Source: Kineococcus radiotolerans SRS30216 = ATCC BAA-149 (GTDB taxonomy: Bacteria > Actinomycetota > Actinomycetes > Actinomycetales > Kineococcaceae). Taken from it: a stretch of 32,000 bases of DNA. Position 1 is the first letter of the stretch; every line of letters begins with the position of its first letter. Positions 1 to 9,211 of the stretch are shown piece after piece. Below the pieces are notes generated by a model. The model saw only the letters and a list, made by a program, of their open reading frames with translations, was not told where the DNA came from and did not search any database. Both the position numbers and the translations under genes were made by a program. The stretch covers positions 2,460,001-2,492,000 of the forward strand of contig NC_009664.2 in assembly GCF_000017305.1 (NCBI RefSeq), in the 5' to 3' direction.

Positions 1-1
1 C

Positions 2-2059
2 GATTTCATCGACAATATCGGCCGGTTGCGCCGCTACGTTAACGAGACGTACCGACTGAACCGTCGAGTGGTGAGGCATCGCCGTGAGCGCGTTCTGACG
101 GGAGTGCCGTGCGGACCCAACAGTCCTGAGTTCGAGGTCACCGGGCGCAGCGAACCGCAACTGCTTGTCCCCAACGATCCGGTAGGGGACCAAGCAGAAC
201 TGTTCTTGGAAGAGTGGCGTCAGGACGTTGTCGATCACCTCAATGTCAGTGGCGCGCAGTTCACCGATGACTACGAAAACCTGTACGGGCTCTTCCTGGC
301 GTCAGCGCGCAGTCCACAACACCTGAGTCAACTCATGCACGTGCGCCTATCCGCCATCGATCGCGAGGCTATGGTCTCGCAACTTAGTGACGCGGAGTGG
401 GCAATGCTTACAGAGGCGCCCCCACTCCCCGCAGACCAACGGCTCCTCACGCAGTTGGCCTCACTCTCGCACGGGGATCACATCAGTGCTTTGATCCACG
501 CCGTTCGTCCCGCATGCAAAAAGCATCAACAGATCGTCATGTTCGTGGACTCGACGCTTGTTGGACACCAGTTGGCTGCCGCGCTGCGCGCAAAGTTCCG
601 CGGCCTCCAGGTGGCTGAGCACTTCACCGATCAGTCGCCTACGGAGCGCGAGGAGTCCGTGGCGCAGTGGAGACGTGGCAGTAGCCGCGTACTCATCTGT
701 GATAGCAGCGCTGAGGAGGGCAGGAACTTCCAAGACGCGGACGCCATGGTGCACGTGAACCTCCCCTCCTCGGTCAACCGTCTCGAACAACGCATTGGAC
801 GTGTGGACCGGCACGGCAGCGAAGGGGCAGCAGAGCAGTACGTGGTCGCCCCGGACTCCATTGAGTCTCTCACCGGAGCTTGGTTAGAACTGCTCCGTGA
901 CGGCTTCGGCGTGTGGCGGACATCCCTAGCGAGCCTGCAGTACACCATCGAGGCTTTGCACCCGCAAATTCGCCATTCCGTCTTCACTCGCGGCGGGGAA
1001 GGCCTCGTGGACCTGGTGGAAGTCGTATGTGCGGAACTGACACGCAGTGCAACGGACATCACCGCAGAGGACCAGCTTGAGGCATCATTCCTTAGTGGCG
1101 GCGGCATCCATTCTCTCGTTGCCTTGGATCAAATCGAGACCGACTGGCCGCAGTTCGACGCAGCACTGAACGACTTGGCCTATAAAGCGGATGGAAGCCT
1201 TCAACTCCATCCACTGCCCGGCGGTGACCGCTTCACCCGCCGTTTCGAGCCAGGGGAGCGGCCCTTGCTTACCAGCCACCAGGTGCAAACAGCCCTTCCA
1301 GGGACCTGGGACACGCCGGGCAGTTGCAATCGCACCGCAGCGCTACGGCGGCCCGGACACCGAGTGCTTCGGTATGGATCGCCCCTGATCGACAGCCTCG
1401 CCACGTGGGTCGAACAAGACGACCGAGGACAAGCCAGCGCTCTGTGGCGACTGGCGCCCGGCCTGCCAGACGAGCAGGTCTACCTGGCCTTCGACTACCT
1501 CGTCGAAGGCGACGTCGGCGGCATTGCCCCGAACCTGGACCCCGACGAGAGCAGAGCACTGCGTCGCCGCCTCGACGGCTGGCTGGCGCCTTTCATGCAC
1601 CGGGTATGGCTGGATGCATGGAAGCAGGAGCCACCACTTCCGGGTCTCCTGCCCCTGCTCGAGCGCCGCTATGACCCACGCCCCCACATCGGCGACGTCA
1701 ACCTGAACCCCGACCGCATCGCGGCACTTCACCACCTGTTCGGCGGCGAGCGAGCATTTGGCCAGGCAGTGCGGCTTACCCACGCCGCCGCTCCGGGCAA
1801 CCTTCGCAGCCAACGCCGCGTCGATGCCCTCATCGAAGATGCCTGCGCCCGAGCACGCATAGACCTCCATGATGAGCTCGCCGTGCTCACTGCCCGAGAG
1901 GTAGCCGGTCTTGCTGACTCAACCGCCGGTCTCACCGAGGAACGCGTCGAGGCTCTCCTCAACGCGTGCCGGAATCCGCGTATCCGACTCCGCTCCGTGA
2001 CCTGCATGGTCATTAGCGGTCAACGGTTCAACGACGCATCGGGGGCAATGCGTGCATAA
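2..2059 (+). CDS. dpdE: SNF2/RapA-type helicase, C-terminal ~685 aa only (gene begins upstream of the window); DpdE-like restriction component
   Basis: The frame is open from nt 2 (DFIDNIGRLRRYVNE...), so the TTG at 26 in the ORF track is not the true start. Helicase C-terminal lobe: QIVMFVDS...RVLICDSSAEEGRNFQ...LEQRIGRVDRHG (motif VI, nt 788-817), close to the RapA/SNF2 pattern EQRIGRLDRIGQ. About 400 aa follow with no motif I recognise. The stop overlaps the next start by 8 nt. The letter E is assigned from position and domain order only. Confidence 0.75.
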   Translation, partial: DFIDNIGRLRRYVNETYRLNRRVVRHRRERVLTGVPCGPNSPEFEVTGRSEPQLLVPNDPVGDQAELFLEEWRQDVVDHLNVSGAQFTDDYENLYGLFLASARSPQHLSQLMHVRLSAIDREAMVSQLSDAEWAMLTEAPPLPADQRLLTQLASLSHGDHISALIHAVRPACKKHQQIVMFVDSTLVGHQLAAALRAKFRGLQVAEHFTDQSPTEREESVAQWRRGSSRVLICDSSAEEGRNFQDADAMVHVNLPSSVNRLEQRIGRVDRHGSEGAAEQYVVAPDSIESLTGAWLELLRDGFGVWRTSLASLQYTIEALHPQIRHSVFTRGGEGLVDLVEVVCAELTRSATDITAEDQLEASFLSGGGIHSLVALDQIETDWPQFDAALNDLAYKADGSLQLHPLPGGDRFTRRFEPGERPLLTSHQVQTALPGTWDTPGSCNRTAALRRPGHRVLRYGSPLIDSLATWVEQDDRGQASALWRLAPGLPDEQVYLAFDYLVEGDVGGIAPNLDPDESRALRRRLDGWLAPFMHRVWLDAWKQEPPLPGLLPLLERRYDPRPHIGDVNLNPDRIAALHHLFGGERAFGQAVRLTHAAAPGNLRSQRRVDALIEDACARARIDLHDELAVLTAREVAGLADSTAGLTEERVEALLNACRNPRIRLRSVTCMVISGQRFNDASGAMRA

Positions 2060-4580
2060 TCATCATGACGGAGCCTGGGCGTGCACCGAAGCGGCTTTGG
2101 CCGGTAACGGCCTGGCCGACTGCCGCCCCACGTTGCCCCGCCCCCATCGCCGCCTCCACGACGCGCTGGAAGCAGCCAACGCCTCACCGGCAGACCTCGC
2201 CGTCCTCCTGCGTCACGTTTTGGGGTGGGAGGACAGTCGAGGCGGCTCGGGCTTCGGTTTGCGGCTCACCCCCCGCGATGCCCTGCCCGACCAAGACACC
2301 CTCAGCAACGCAGGCATCGACGTCACGCCCTTGACCGAGGGGCGGTGGCTGCTGCAGCGCCGCGCGTGGAGTGTGCCCGGTGACCCGACCTCCACACTGC
2401 GGGGAGACCCCCTCCGTGAGGTTTACCTGGAGCATGACTCCAGCCAGCGTCGGACCGACTCCGATGTGCCAGCGGATACCTTCTGGGTTCAGACGGTCGG
2501 CCATTCGACATACCGCACGTCCGGTCAAGGGCAGGCAGCTAGGTCCGTGGTGACCGCGCCGCCGGGCAGCACTGTGCTGCTCAACCTTCCCACCGGAACG
2601 GGTAAGACTTCCCTGGCGCTGGCCCCCGCCCTGCTGAGGTCTTGGCATGTCGGGGTCTCCATCGTCATCGTGCCCACTGTCGTCCTAGCTCTCGACCAAG
2701 AACGTCGCGTTCAGGACACGATCGCCGAGCTTAGCCACCGCCCCTCCCCATCGGGACGCTATGCCTACCTCGGAGAGATGACAGACAGCGATAAGCAGGC
2801 GATCCGAGAAGCCATTCGGACAGGCGAGCAGCGCATCCTTTATACCTCCCCCGAAGCCTTCTCAGCCGGCCTTGCGCCGGCACTGTTCGACGCCGCAGAG
2901 TCTGGGCACCTGCGTTACCTGGTCATCGACGAAGCACACATGGTGCACCAGTGGGGGGCGGACTTCCGCCCCGACTTCCAGGCACTCGTCGGCATGCAAC
3001 GCGCACTCGTTGCCCGGTCTCAACCCGATGTGCGTCCTGTCACCGTTCTGATGACCGGGACCCTGTCATCAGCCGCCGCTCAGACGCTGCAACAACTTTT
3101 CGGCGACGCGCAGCCCGTCCAGTTGCTCAGCAGCGCCAATCTGCGCGGAGAACCGGAGTACTTCCTCACCCGGTGGAACGATCCTGAGTCACGACTGGCA
3201 GCCCTCCGAGAAGTCCTATGGCACACGCCCCGCCCTGCCGTGGTGTACGTGTCGACCCCGGAGCAGGTGGATGAGGTCCGCAAGGCGCTGAGAACGTGGG
3301 GGTTAACGCGCCACGCTGGAGTCAGTGGACGCAGCAGTGCCATCGAACGCCAGGAGGTCGTGCGTGACTGGCGAGGCGAGAACAGTCCCGCGACCATCGA
3401 CGTGGTGGTGGCCACATCAGCCTTTGGCCTTGGCGTCGACATGCCTGACGTGCGCACGGTCATTCACGCCTGCGAGCCGGAGTCACTAGATCGCTTCTAT
3501 CAAGAGGTCGGGCGTGGTGGGCGTGACGGCGCCCCCTCAATGAGCATCTACCTTCCCGCTGCGCAAGATGCATTTCTCGCGGAGTCACTGTCGGATCCCA
3601 CCATCCTCTTGGCGACGACCGCGCAGGGCCGCTGGGAGGCCCTCCTGGCGGCCTCCACAACTGCCGAAGAGGGCCGCCTGCGGCTCGACCTTGACGCGAG
3701 GCCGGTCAACGTTGTCGAGTCGGGCCCGAAGAACCGCGCGTGGAACCTTCGTCTACTGACCCTGCTAGTGCGGACAGGTGCACTGAGCCTCCTTGCTGAG
3801 GAGACGTACACTGAACGACAAGAAGGCAACACCGAGGTCGTTCCTCACCGATACCTGCGCGTCAACTTCCACCGGGAGTTGGACTGGACGGCGTTCGAAG
3901 CCGAACGTACGCGCACATTGGCAGCCAGCAGACACGGCCTGCGGCATCTGCGAAGGCTCGCGTCTGGTGATCGGTGTAGCGGCGAGGAGCTGCACGAGTA
4001 CTACACCTTCGAGGAAGCGTGGGGGTACTCCCACGTACCCACCGCGTGCCGTGGGTGCCCCACGTGCCGCCGAGAACGACGGGCAGTTCCCAGCGCCGCG
4101 GCACCGACCCCTCCTGTCATCGCGTGGCAGAATCAGTCAGGCCCGTCACCGCAGGTTCGACTGCTCATGCCCACGGGGCGACTCGCGGTCGTTGTGGATA
4201 CGCAGCGTGGTGCTGACTATCGACGTCGCGCCGTGCAAATCGTAGAGCGTCTCATCGAACTAGGGTTCATCCACATCATCGACTTGGGCGATGTTGGATC
4301 TGTTTCGACGTGGCAGCGTTTGCAACGCCACGCAAATCCCGCCCCAGTCATGCAGTCATACGATGAACCCAACCCTTGGCACCCCTTTGTCCCCACCGTC
4401 ATCCTTCTCGGTTTCACCCACCAGGAAGGGCCCGATTTCGACACGTGGGCAGCACACTTTCCCTACACCGTGATCATCACGCCGTCGCACAACACGGCGC
4501 CGGGGCGCCCGGGAACACCATGGCAGGATTTGAACGGACCGTGTATCAGCGAAATGCGTCTCACTAAGGACATGACATGA
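2052..4580 (+). CDS. dpdF: RecQ-like DEAH helicase; DpdF-like
   Basis: Walker A LPTGTGKTS. RecQ signature VIDEAHMVHQWGADFRPDF (nt 2928-2978; compare E. coli RecQ DEAHCISQWGHDFRP). Motif VI-like YQEVGRGGRDG. RecQ-style zinc motif C-x23-C-x2-C-x2-C (nt 3975-4067). The GTG start overlaps the upstream stop, and there is an ATGA overlap with the next gene. Confidence 0.8.
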   Translation: MHNHHDGAWACTEAALAGNGLADCRPTLPRPHRRLHDALEAANASPADLAVLLRHVLGWEDSRGGSGFGLRLTPRDALPDQDTLSNAGIDVTPLTEGRWLLQRRAWSVPGDPTSTLRGDPLREVYLEHDSSQRRTDSDVPADTFWVQTVGHSTYRTSGQGQAARSVVTAPPGSTVLLNLPTGTGKTSLALAPALLRSWHVGVSIVIVPTVVLALDQERRVQDTIAELSHRPSPSGRYAYLGEMTDSDKQAIREAIRTGEQRILYTSPEAFSAGLAPALFDAAESGHLRYLVIDEAHMVHQWGADFRPDFQALVGMQRALVARSQPDVRPVTVLMTGTLSSAAAQTLQQLFGDAQPVQLLSSANLRGEPEYFLTRWNDPESRLAALREVLWHTPRPAVVYVSTPEQVDEVRKALRTWGLTRHAGVSGRSSAIERQEVVRDWRGENSPATIDVVVATSAFGLGVDMPDVRTVIHACEPESLDRFYQEVGRGGRDGAPSMSIYLPAAQDAFLAESLSDPTILLATTAQGRWEALLAASTTAEEGRLRLDLDARPVNVVESGPKNRAWNLRLLTLLVRTGALSLLAEETYTERQEGNTEVVPHRYLRVNFHRELDWTAFEAERTRTLAASRHGLRHLRRLASGDRCSGEELHEYYTFEEAWGYSHVPTACRGCPTCRRERRAVPSAAAPTPPVIAWQNQSGPSPQVRLLMPTGRLAVVVDTQRGADYRRRAVQIVERLIELGFIHIIDLGDVGSVSTWQRLQRHANPAPVMQSYDEPNPWHPFVPTVILLGFTHQEGPDFDTWAAHFPYTVIITPSHNTAPGRPGTPWQDLNGPCISEMRLTKDMT

Positions 4581-5461
4581 CGCTTCTTCAACCGCCCAAC
4601 ATCCTTCCCAAGGGCATGTTCGTCATTTCTCGGACGCTGCGCGAACACGGAAAACCTTATGACCGGAGCAGGCTGAAGGGGTTGCTTCAACCGTCAACGC
4701 TCGTGCTGCGCAGGACGGGCGCCAACACCTTCGACGCTTCCTTCAAAGCGTTGCGCGATCTGGGCATCGCGCGACTGGAGGGCGACGAGGTCACACTCGC
4801 CGCCGACGCGCCGGACGTCGGAGATATGTCCACGTTCTACCGGGATCTCGTCAAGCGCGTGTTCGCTGGCGTCGACGAATCAAATGCCGCATCTACGCCT
4901 CAGTCTGACTTGCTCATCTCGCTCGCTTGGTGGTGCGCTCAAGATCCTCACGGAGAGCCACTAGGCTGGGAGAACGTCCAGCCACTGCTGTTTCACGACA
5001 TGGGTGAGGCATATCAAAGCTTCCCCATCGGCAACTCCAACCCTTGGGCCTCGTTCACTCGGTGGGCTCTCGCGCTAGGCTTCGCAGAGACGCAGTCCAT
5101 CGGCGACGGAACGTCAGGACGTGTCGTTCCCGATGCGACTCGGGCAGTCAAGAGTGCCATCCAGGCCGCAACATTCTTAGAGGTACGTGCAGATCAACTG
5201 CTCACCTACCTTCAGGAGCAACTGCCGGTCTTAGATGGTGGCCGCCTCGCGCAGTACTGGCGTCCTGAGTGGAACTTGCCGCCTGGGCGCCGGGCGGTTG
5301 TCGGGGCAGTCGACCGTGTCTTCAGCCACGCCCTCCTCCGCGCCGAGGAGGACGGTGTCCTCGCGCTCCAGACCTTGTCCGACGCCGGAAAGATCACGCT
5401 CTCGGATGGCGAGCGAGACCGACCGGTCAGCCACGTCCGAGTCCTCCAGGAGGTAATGTGA
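4577..5461 (+). CDS. dpdG: Protein of unknown function, DpdG-like by position
   Basis: 294-aa ORF with high third-position GC. ATGA overlap upstream and GTGA overlap downstream. The N-terminal segment (...FKALRDLGIARLEGDEVTL) looks winged-helix-like. No catalytic motif recognised. Confidence 0.55.
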   Translation: MTLLQPPNILPKGMFVISRTLREHGKPYDRSRLKGLLQPSTLVLRRTGANTFDASFKALRDLGIARLEGDEVTLAADAPDVGDMSTFYRDLVKRVFAGVDESNAASTPQSDLLISLAWWCAQDPHGEPLGWENVQPLLFHDMGEAYQSFPIGNSNPWASFTRWALALGFAETQSIGDGTSGRVVPDATRAVKSAIQAATFLEVRADQLLTYLQEQLPVLDGGRLAQYWRPEWNLPPGRRAVVGAVDRVFSHALLRAEEDGVLALQTLSDAGKITLSDGERDRPVSHVRVLQEVM

Positions 5462-8400
5462 CCGCCACCGACTTCCCCGGCTTCGTCTGCTGGAAGCGCC
5501 CCTTCGTCGCAGAGACCGTGGCGACCGAAGCCGTCCATGCCGACCCTGCGGTGTTCCTGGCGACTCATCGCCCGTTGCGTGTGGTCCGCACTGCCTGGGA
5601 GCGCGAGGCCAGTGGCGACATCGTTGACGAGCAAGACGTCCTCAACGACTTCGCCAGTCGAGAGCCTGTAGGCGGTGTCGTGCTCATGCCCATCCTCGGT
5701 GAGTCCGGGACCGGCAAGTCTCACCTGGTGCGCTGGGTCCGTGAGCACCTCTCGGAGACACCGCAACGGCGGGTGGTCTACCTGCCGAAGACGGGCACGA
5801 ACCTCGTCGGACTGGTACGTGCTCTGCTGCTGGACTTAGAAGGCGATCCCTTCGACGACATCCGCAACCGCGTCGCCAAGAGCGCTGGCCAGTTCGACCA
5901 ACAACGCCTTCCCCATGACTTGCTCGCTCGCTTGGCCGTGGCGGTGCGGTTCCACACACCCCAAGTGGCAGAGACGGCAAAAGTTCCCCTAGCGAAGCTT
6001 TTGGTGAGCGAGCGTGGCCTGCCGGCACTGCTCAACGACTTCGAGTACCAGCGCCACCTGTTGGTTGAGGGTGGCATTTTGGATCGGGTGGCAGCCGAAC
6101 TACAGCGAGGTCGCGGGGAAGGGGAGTCTGAACGACCCGCCGGCTTCGTCGCAACCGATCTACGCCCGACCGGCGTCAACGTGAAGGACATGGGTGCGGC
6201 CGCACAACGCATTTACGAGCAACTCCTGGGACACCCCTTGCTGCCGCAACTTGCGGCTGACATCCTGAATGCGAACCTCGAAAACGCTGTCCAGGCACTC
6301 GCGGATCTCGGCGCTGGTCAACTGCAAAGCGCGATGGTCGACGTGCGCCGCGAACTTCACCGTCGGGGTCAGGAAATTCTGCTCCTGATTGAAGACTTCG
6401 CCGTTATTCAAGGCGTGCAAGGGGATCTTCTCGACGCCATCAGCGAGACCGGCGTGCGAGAAGGCCAGCAGGAGTTGGCCACCGTGCGAACACTGCTCGC
6501 CGTAACTCCCGGCTACTACAAAGACAATGTCCCTGAAACGTTCAAGACTCGCGCGACGGCAAGCGTCCCGCATTCCTACACCCTCGATGTCAGCGTGGGC
6601 CGGGGTCACAGTGTCGATCACCAGCATGTTATCGACTTCGTAGGTCGTTACCTCAACGCGGCGCGGCTTGGCGCGCAAGCATTGCGCACTGCTCGCGACA
6701 ACAACGGCACACTACCCAACGCCTGCACTTCCTGCAAATTCAAGGCGCCCTGCCATGACGCATTCGGCACCTCCAACGACGACTTCGGACTGTACCCATA
6801 CAACGCCGCGGCACTGACCCGAGCGGTGCACCTGTCCATGCCGCGCGAAAGTGCACGGTTTAATCCCCGCCGCATCCTGTCACGAGTCGTGCGACACGTC
6901 CTCGACAACTATGACCAAGATGTTGCAAACGGCGCATTTCCGTCGATGACGTTCCGCAGCGATTTCCCTACCGATCGGCAAGGAAGCCTCACTGCCGAAC
7001 AGGCGGACTACCTGACGCGTCACGATGCGCTCCATGAGCGCCGGATCCCCCTTCTGGAGTTCTGGGGAGGTGGCGACGCGGCCAACCTCAATGACGGAAT
7101 TCATCACGCCTTTCGCCTCGCGCCCCTTAGCGCCGAGGCTCTTGAGGCGCTTCGTGGCCGCACTCCAGACCCCGACCCAGACCCCGACGACCCCGACCCC
7201 ATTCGGGATCCTGCAGCGAGCAAGGCGCGCGTCGTTGACGCCTGGCATCGCGGCGAACTGCTGCACCAATCGGTAGCGAACGAGTTGCGGCAGACAATCC
7301 GCGAAGCGATCGTTGCGCACGTCAACTGGGGTGACCTCGGATTGGCGACGCCGACCATGCCGGTGCGACGCGCAGTGCTCAAGCACCCATTTGGTCTCGG
7401 CGTGATCATCGAAGGAGCCTTCGGAGACCGCACCTTGGACCCCCCGACGACTGCGACGGTGGTGCTTCTGAGGGGACCCGCCAATGCCACCTTGTTTAAG
7501 GCGCTTCTTGATCGAAAGAGGCTCGGCACGTGGAACTTTTCAGGTGGAGCAGAGCAGCAACGCCGCTTCACGCGCCTCCTGGAGACCTGGGGCGCTCAGA
7601 TGGTGAATGCGATCCGTGCCCATCTGGGACTCCACCAGCCTGACACCCTGCAGGCAGCGGTGGACATTTCCCTCATCGGCGCGCGACTGTTGAATCTGGA
7701 AGGCAACCGAAGCGCCAACGCCGAAGCACTGGTGACGTGCCTCTTCGATGCCGCCAACGTCAAGGCGAGACCGGACGCGCGTCTGCACGACGACGAACTA
7801 CTTCGCGCGCCGTCTTATACAACCCTCGCACGCCAGCACGCCGCGACGCGAGGGGACGTTATTGCGCAGTTGCGCGAAATCGTGGGGGTGGCCCAGGGGG
7901 CTGGAGAGGAGCAATTGATCGATGCCCTCCAGTTGCTGCCGCTTATCGACAAGGCTCGCAAGGCACTGCGACCAACACCGCACGCCGACGCGCCTGAGTG
8001 GCTGGGTAAGGCCCACAAAGTTCTCACCAAGGGACTGGATCGTGCAATCCAGGATCAGTGGGGGCTGGCGTGGGAGGTGGCCAATGAGGTCGAGGGACAC
8101 CTCGGTGACGCCGACCCCAACGCTGTGCTCGCAGCTGTAGCCGAGGCGTTCGAGACGGCCCAGCAGGCGATCCCCGGGGTACTCTCGGTTGATTCTGAGC
8201 AACTCCGCCAGGAGTTGTTAAGGGCTCGCAACTTCCCGTGGTCGGCTTCGCGTGATCACGCGAGAACGATGCTGGCCGCAGGCGCCGACCCTGCCAACGC
8301 CGCGGACCCGCTGCGCATGTTCCTCGCGGTCAGTGCTGATCGAGGCCCCAACGCCGCTGTCATGATGGAGTTCCTGAGAGACACCGACAAGCGCTTGGAC

Positions 8401-8523
8401 ACCCTCGCCAAACGAGCGCAGCGTGACTTGAGCACCGTGCCGGAAAGTCCTATCGATCGGCTACAACAAGTCCTGATCCAGGCTCAAAGTGCGGTGCAGG
8501 AATGGGGAGTGACCGATGCCTGA
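5458..8523 (+). CDS. dpdH: Large P-loop NTPase, DpdH-like by position
   Basis: I place the start at GTG 5458, preceded by GGAGG (5449-5453) and overlapping the dpdG stop as GTGA. The ORF-track start at 5269 would lie inside dpdG. Walker A GESGTGKSHL (nt 5698-5727). Candidate Walker B ILLLIEDFA. Cys/His cluster CTSCKFKAPCH. PD-rich linker TPDPDPDPDDPDP. Confidence 0.65.
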   Translation: MTATDFPGFVCWKRPFVAETVATEAVHADPAVFLATHRPLRVVRTAWEREASGDIVDEQDVLNDFASREPVGGVVLMPILGESGTGKSHLVRWVREHLSETPQRRVVYLPKTGTNLVGLVRALLLDLEGDPFDDIRNRVAKSAGQFDQQRLPHDLLARLAVAVRFHTPQVAETAKVPLAKLLVSERGLPALLNDFEYQRHLLVEGGILDRVAAELQRGRGEGESERPAGFVATDLRPTGVNVKDMGAAAQRIYEQLLGHPLLPQLAADILNANLENAVQALADLGAGQLQSAMVDVRRELHRRGQEILLLIEDFAVIQGVQGDLLDAISETGVREGQQELATVRTLLAVTPGYYKDNVPETFKTRATASVPHSYTLDVSVGRGHSVDHQHVIDFVGRYLNAARLGAQALRTARDNNGTLPNACTSCKFKAPCHDAFGTSNDDFGLYPYNAAALTRAVHLSMPRESARFNPRRILSRVVRHVLDNYDQDVANGAFPSMTFRSDFPTDRQGSLTAEQADYLTRHDALHERRIPLLEFWGGGDAANLNDGIHHAFRLAPLSAEALEALRGRTPDPDPDPDDPDPIRDPAASKARVVDAWHRGELLHQSVANELRQTIREAIVAHVNWGDLGLATPTMPVRRAVLKHPFGLGVIIEGAFGDRTLDPPTTATVVLLRGPANATLFKALLDRKRLGTWNFSGGAEQQRRFTRLLETWGAQMVNAIRAHLGLHQPDTLQAAVDISLIGARLLNLEGNRSANAEALVTCLFDAANVKARPDARLHDDELLRAPSYTTLARQHAATRGDVIAQLREIVGVAQGAGEEQLIDALQLLPLIDKARKALRPTPHADAPEWLGKAHKVLTKGLDRAIQDQWGLAWEVANEVEGHLGDADPNAVLAAVAEAFETAQQAIPGVLSVDSEQLRQELLRARNFPWSASRDHARTMLAAGADPANAADPLRMFLAVSADRGPNAAVMMEFLRDTDKRLDTLAKRAQRDLSTVPESPIDRLQQVLIQAQSAVQEWGVTDA

Positions 8524-9211
8524 GACGTTGCTGCAGCGCGCATCTGACGTGGCGGATGCTTGCCGAGCGGTGCGGGCGCACCGGTTGGCGATGCAGGACG
8601 CTGAGCGACTGCGGCGCCGGACTCAAGAATTGTCGGACGCGCTCACTCGGGCGAGCGACGTCGTCCAGAGATGGCGGGTCTACCGCGACGGCAACGTCTC
8701 AGTGACTCCGCTTCCCCCCTGTGACGTCCTGCAGACTGCTTTCACAGCGCTGAGTGAGACGGTTACAGTCGGCGGCGAGACACCCGACGACCTCTTCATC
8801 GCTGTCCGCAACGCCCTGAGCAGTTTCACGACACGGCTCAGCGTCTCCCTTGACGAAGCCTGGCAGGTGCATGCACAGTCTCAAATTGATCGGGCCGGAA
8901 TAACGTCGGCAGGCTTGCTGCCGCTAGGGGAGCGCCGGGCGCTGGGACCAGCGCTACGGGACATCAGCGCCGCCGCCGCCACCGCGCCTTCCAGTGCTGT
9001 AGCTGTTCGCTGGTTCAACGAACTCATCGACGACGTCACACAGCGCCTGACAGCGGCGCGTGTGAGCGAACTGCCCGCCGGTCTACGGCAGGTCGTGCGC
9101 AGCATTGACAGTGGCGGGCTATCACTGAACGAACTGAGTGAGCAGGATCTGCGTGACTTGAAGGAGCGTGGCTATGCAGCGCACCTCCAGGTCCGGTGGA
9201 GCGCCTCGTGA
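8516..9211 (+). CDS. dpdI: Protein of unknown function, DpdI-like by position
   Basis: 231-aa Ala/Arg/Leu-rich ORF with high GC3. The ATG overlaps the upstream stop by 8 nt, and its own stop overlaps the dpdJ start. No motif recognised. Confidence 0.5.
   Translation: MPETLLQRASDVADACRAVRAHRLAMQDAERLRRRTQELSDALTRASDVVQRWRVYRDGNVSVTPLPPCDVLQTAFTALSETVTVGGETPDDLFIAVRNALSSFTTRLSVSLDEAWQVHAQSQIDRAGITSAGLLPLGERRALGPALRDISAAAATAPSSAVAVRWFNELIDDVTQRLTAARVSELPAGLRQVVRSIDSGGLSLNELSEQDLRDLKERGYAAHLQVRWSAS

Noticed and set aside
5269-5457. The ORF-track start of the P-loop protein at 5269, which adds 63 aa.
   Set aside because: The extension lies entirely within the dpdG coding region and reads as low-complexity Pro/Arg/Gly. 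GTG 5458 has a GGAGG RBS and the GTGA coupling typical of this operon.
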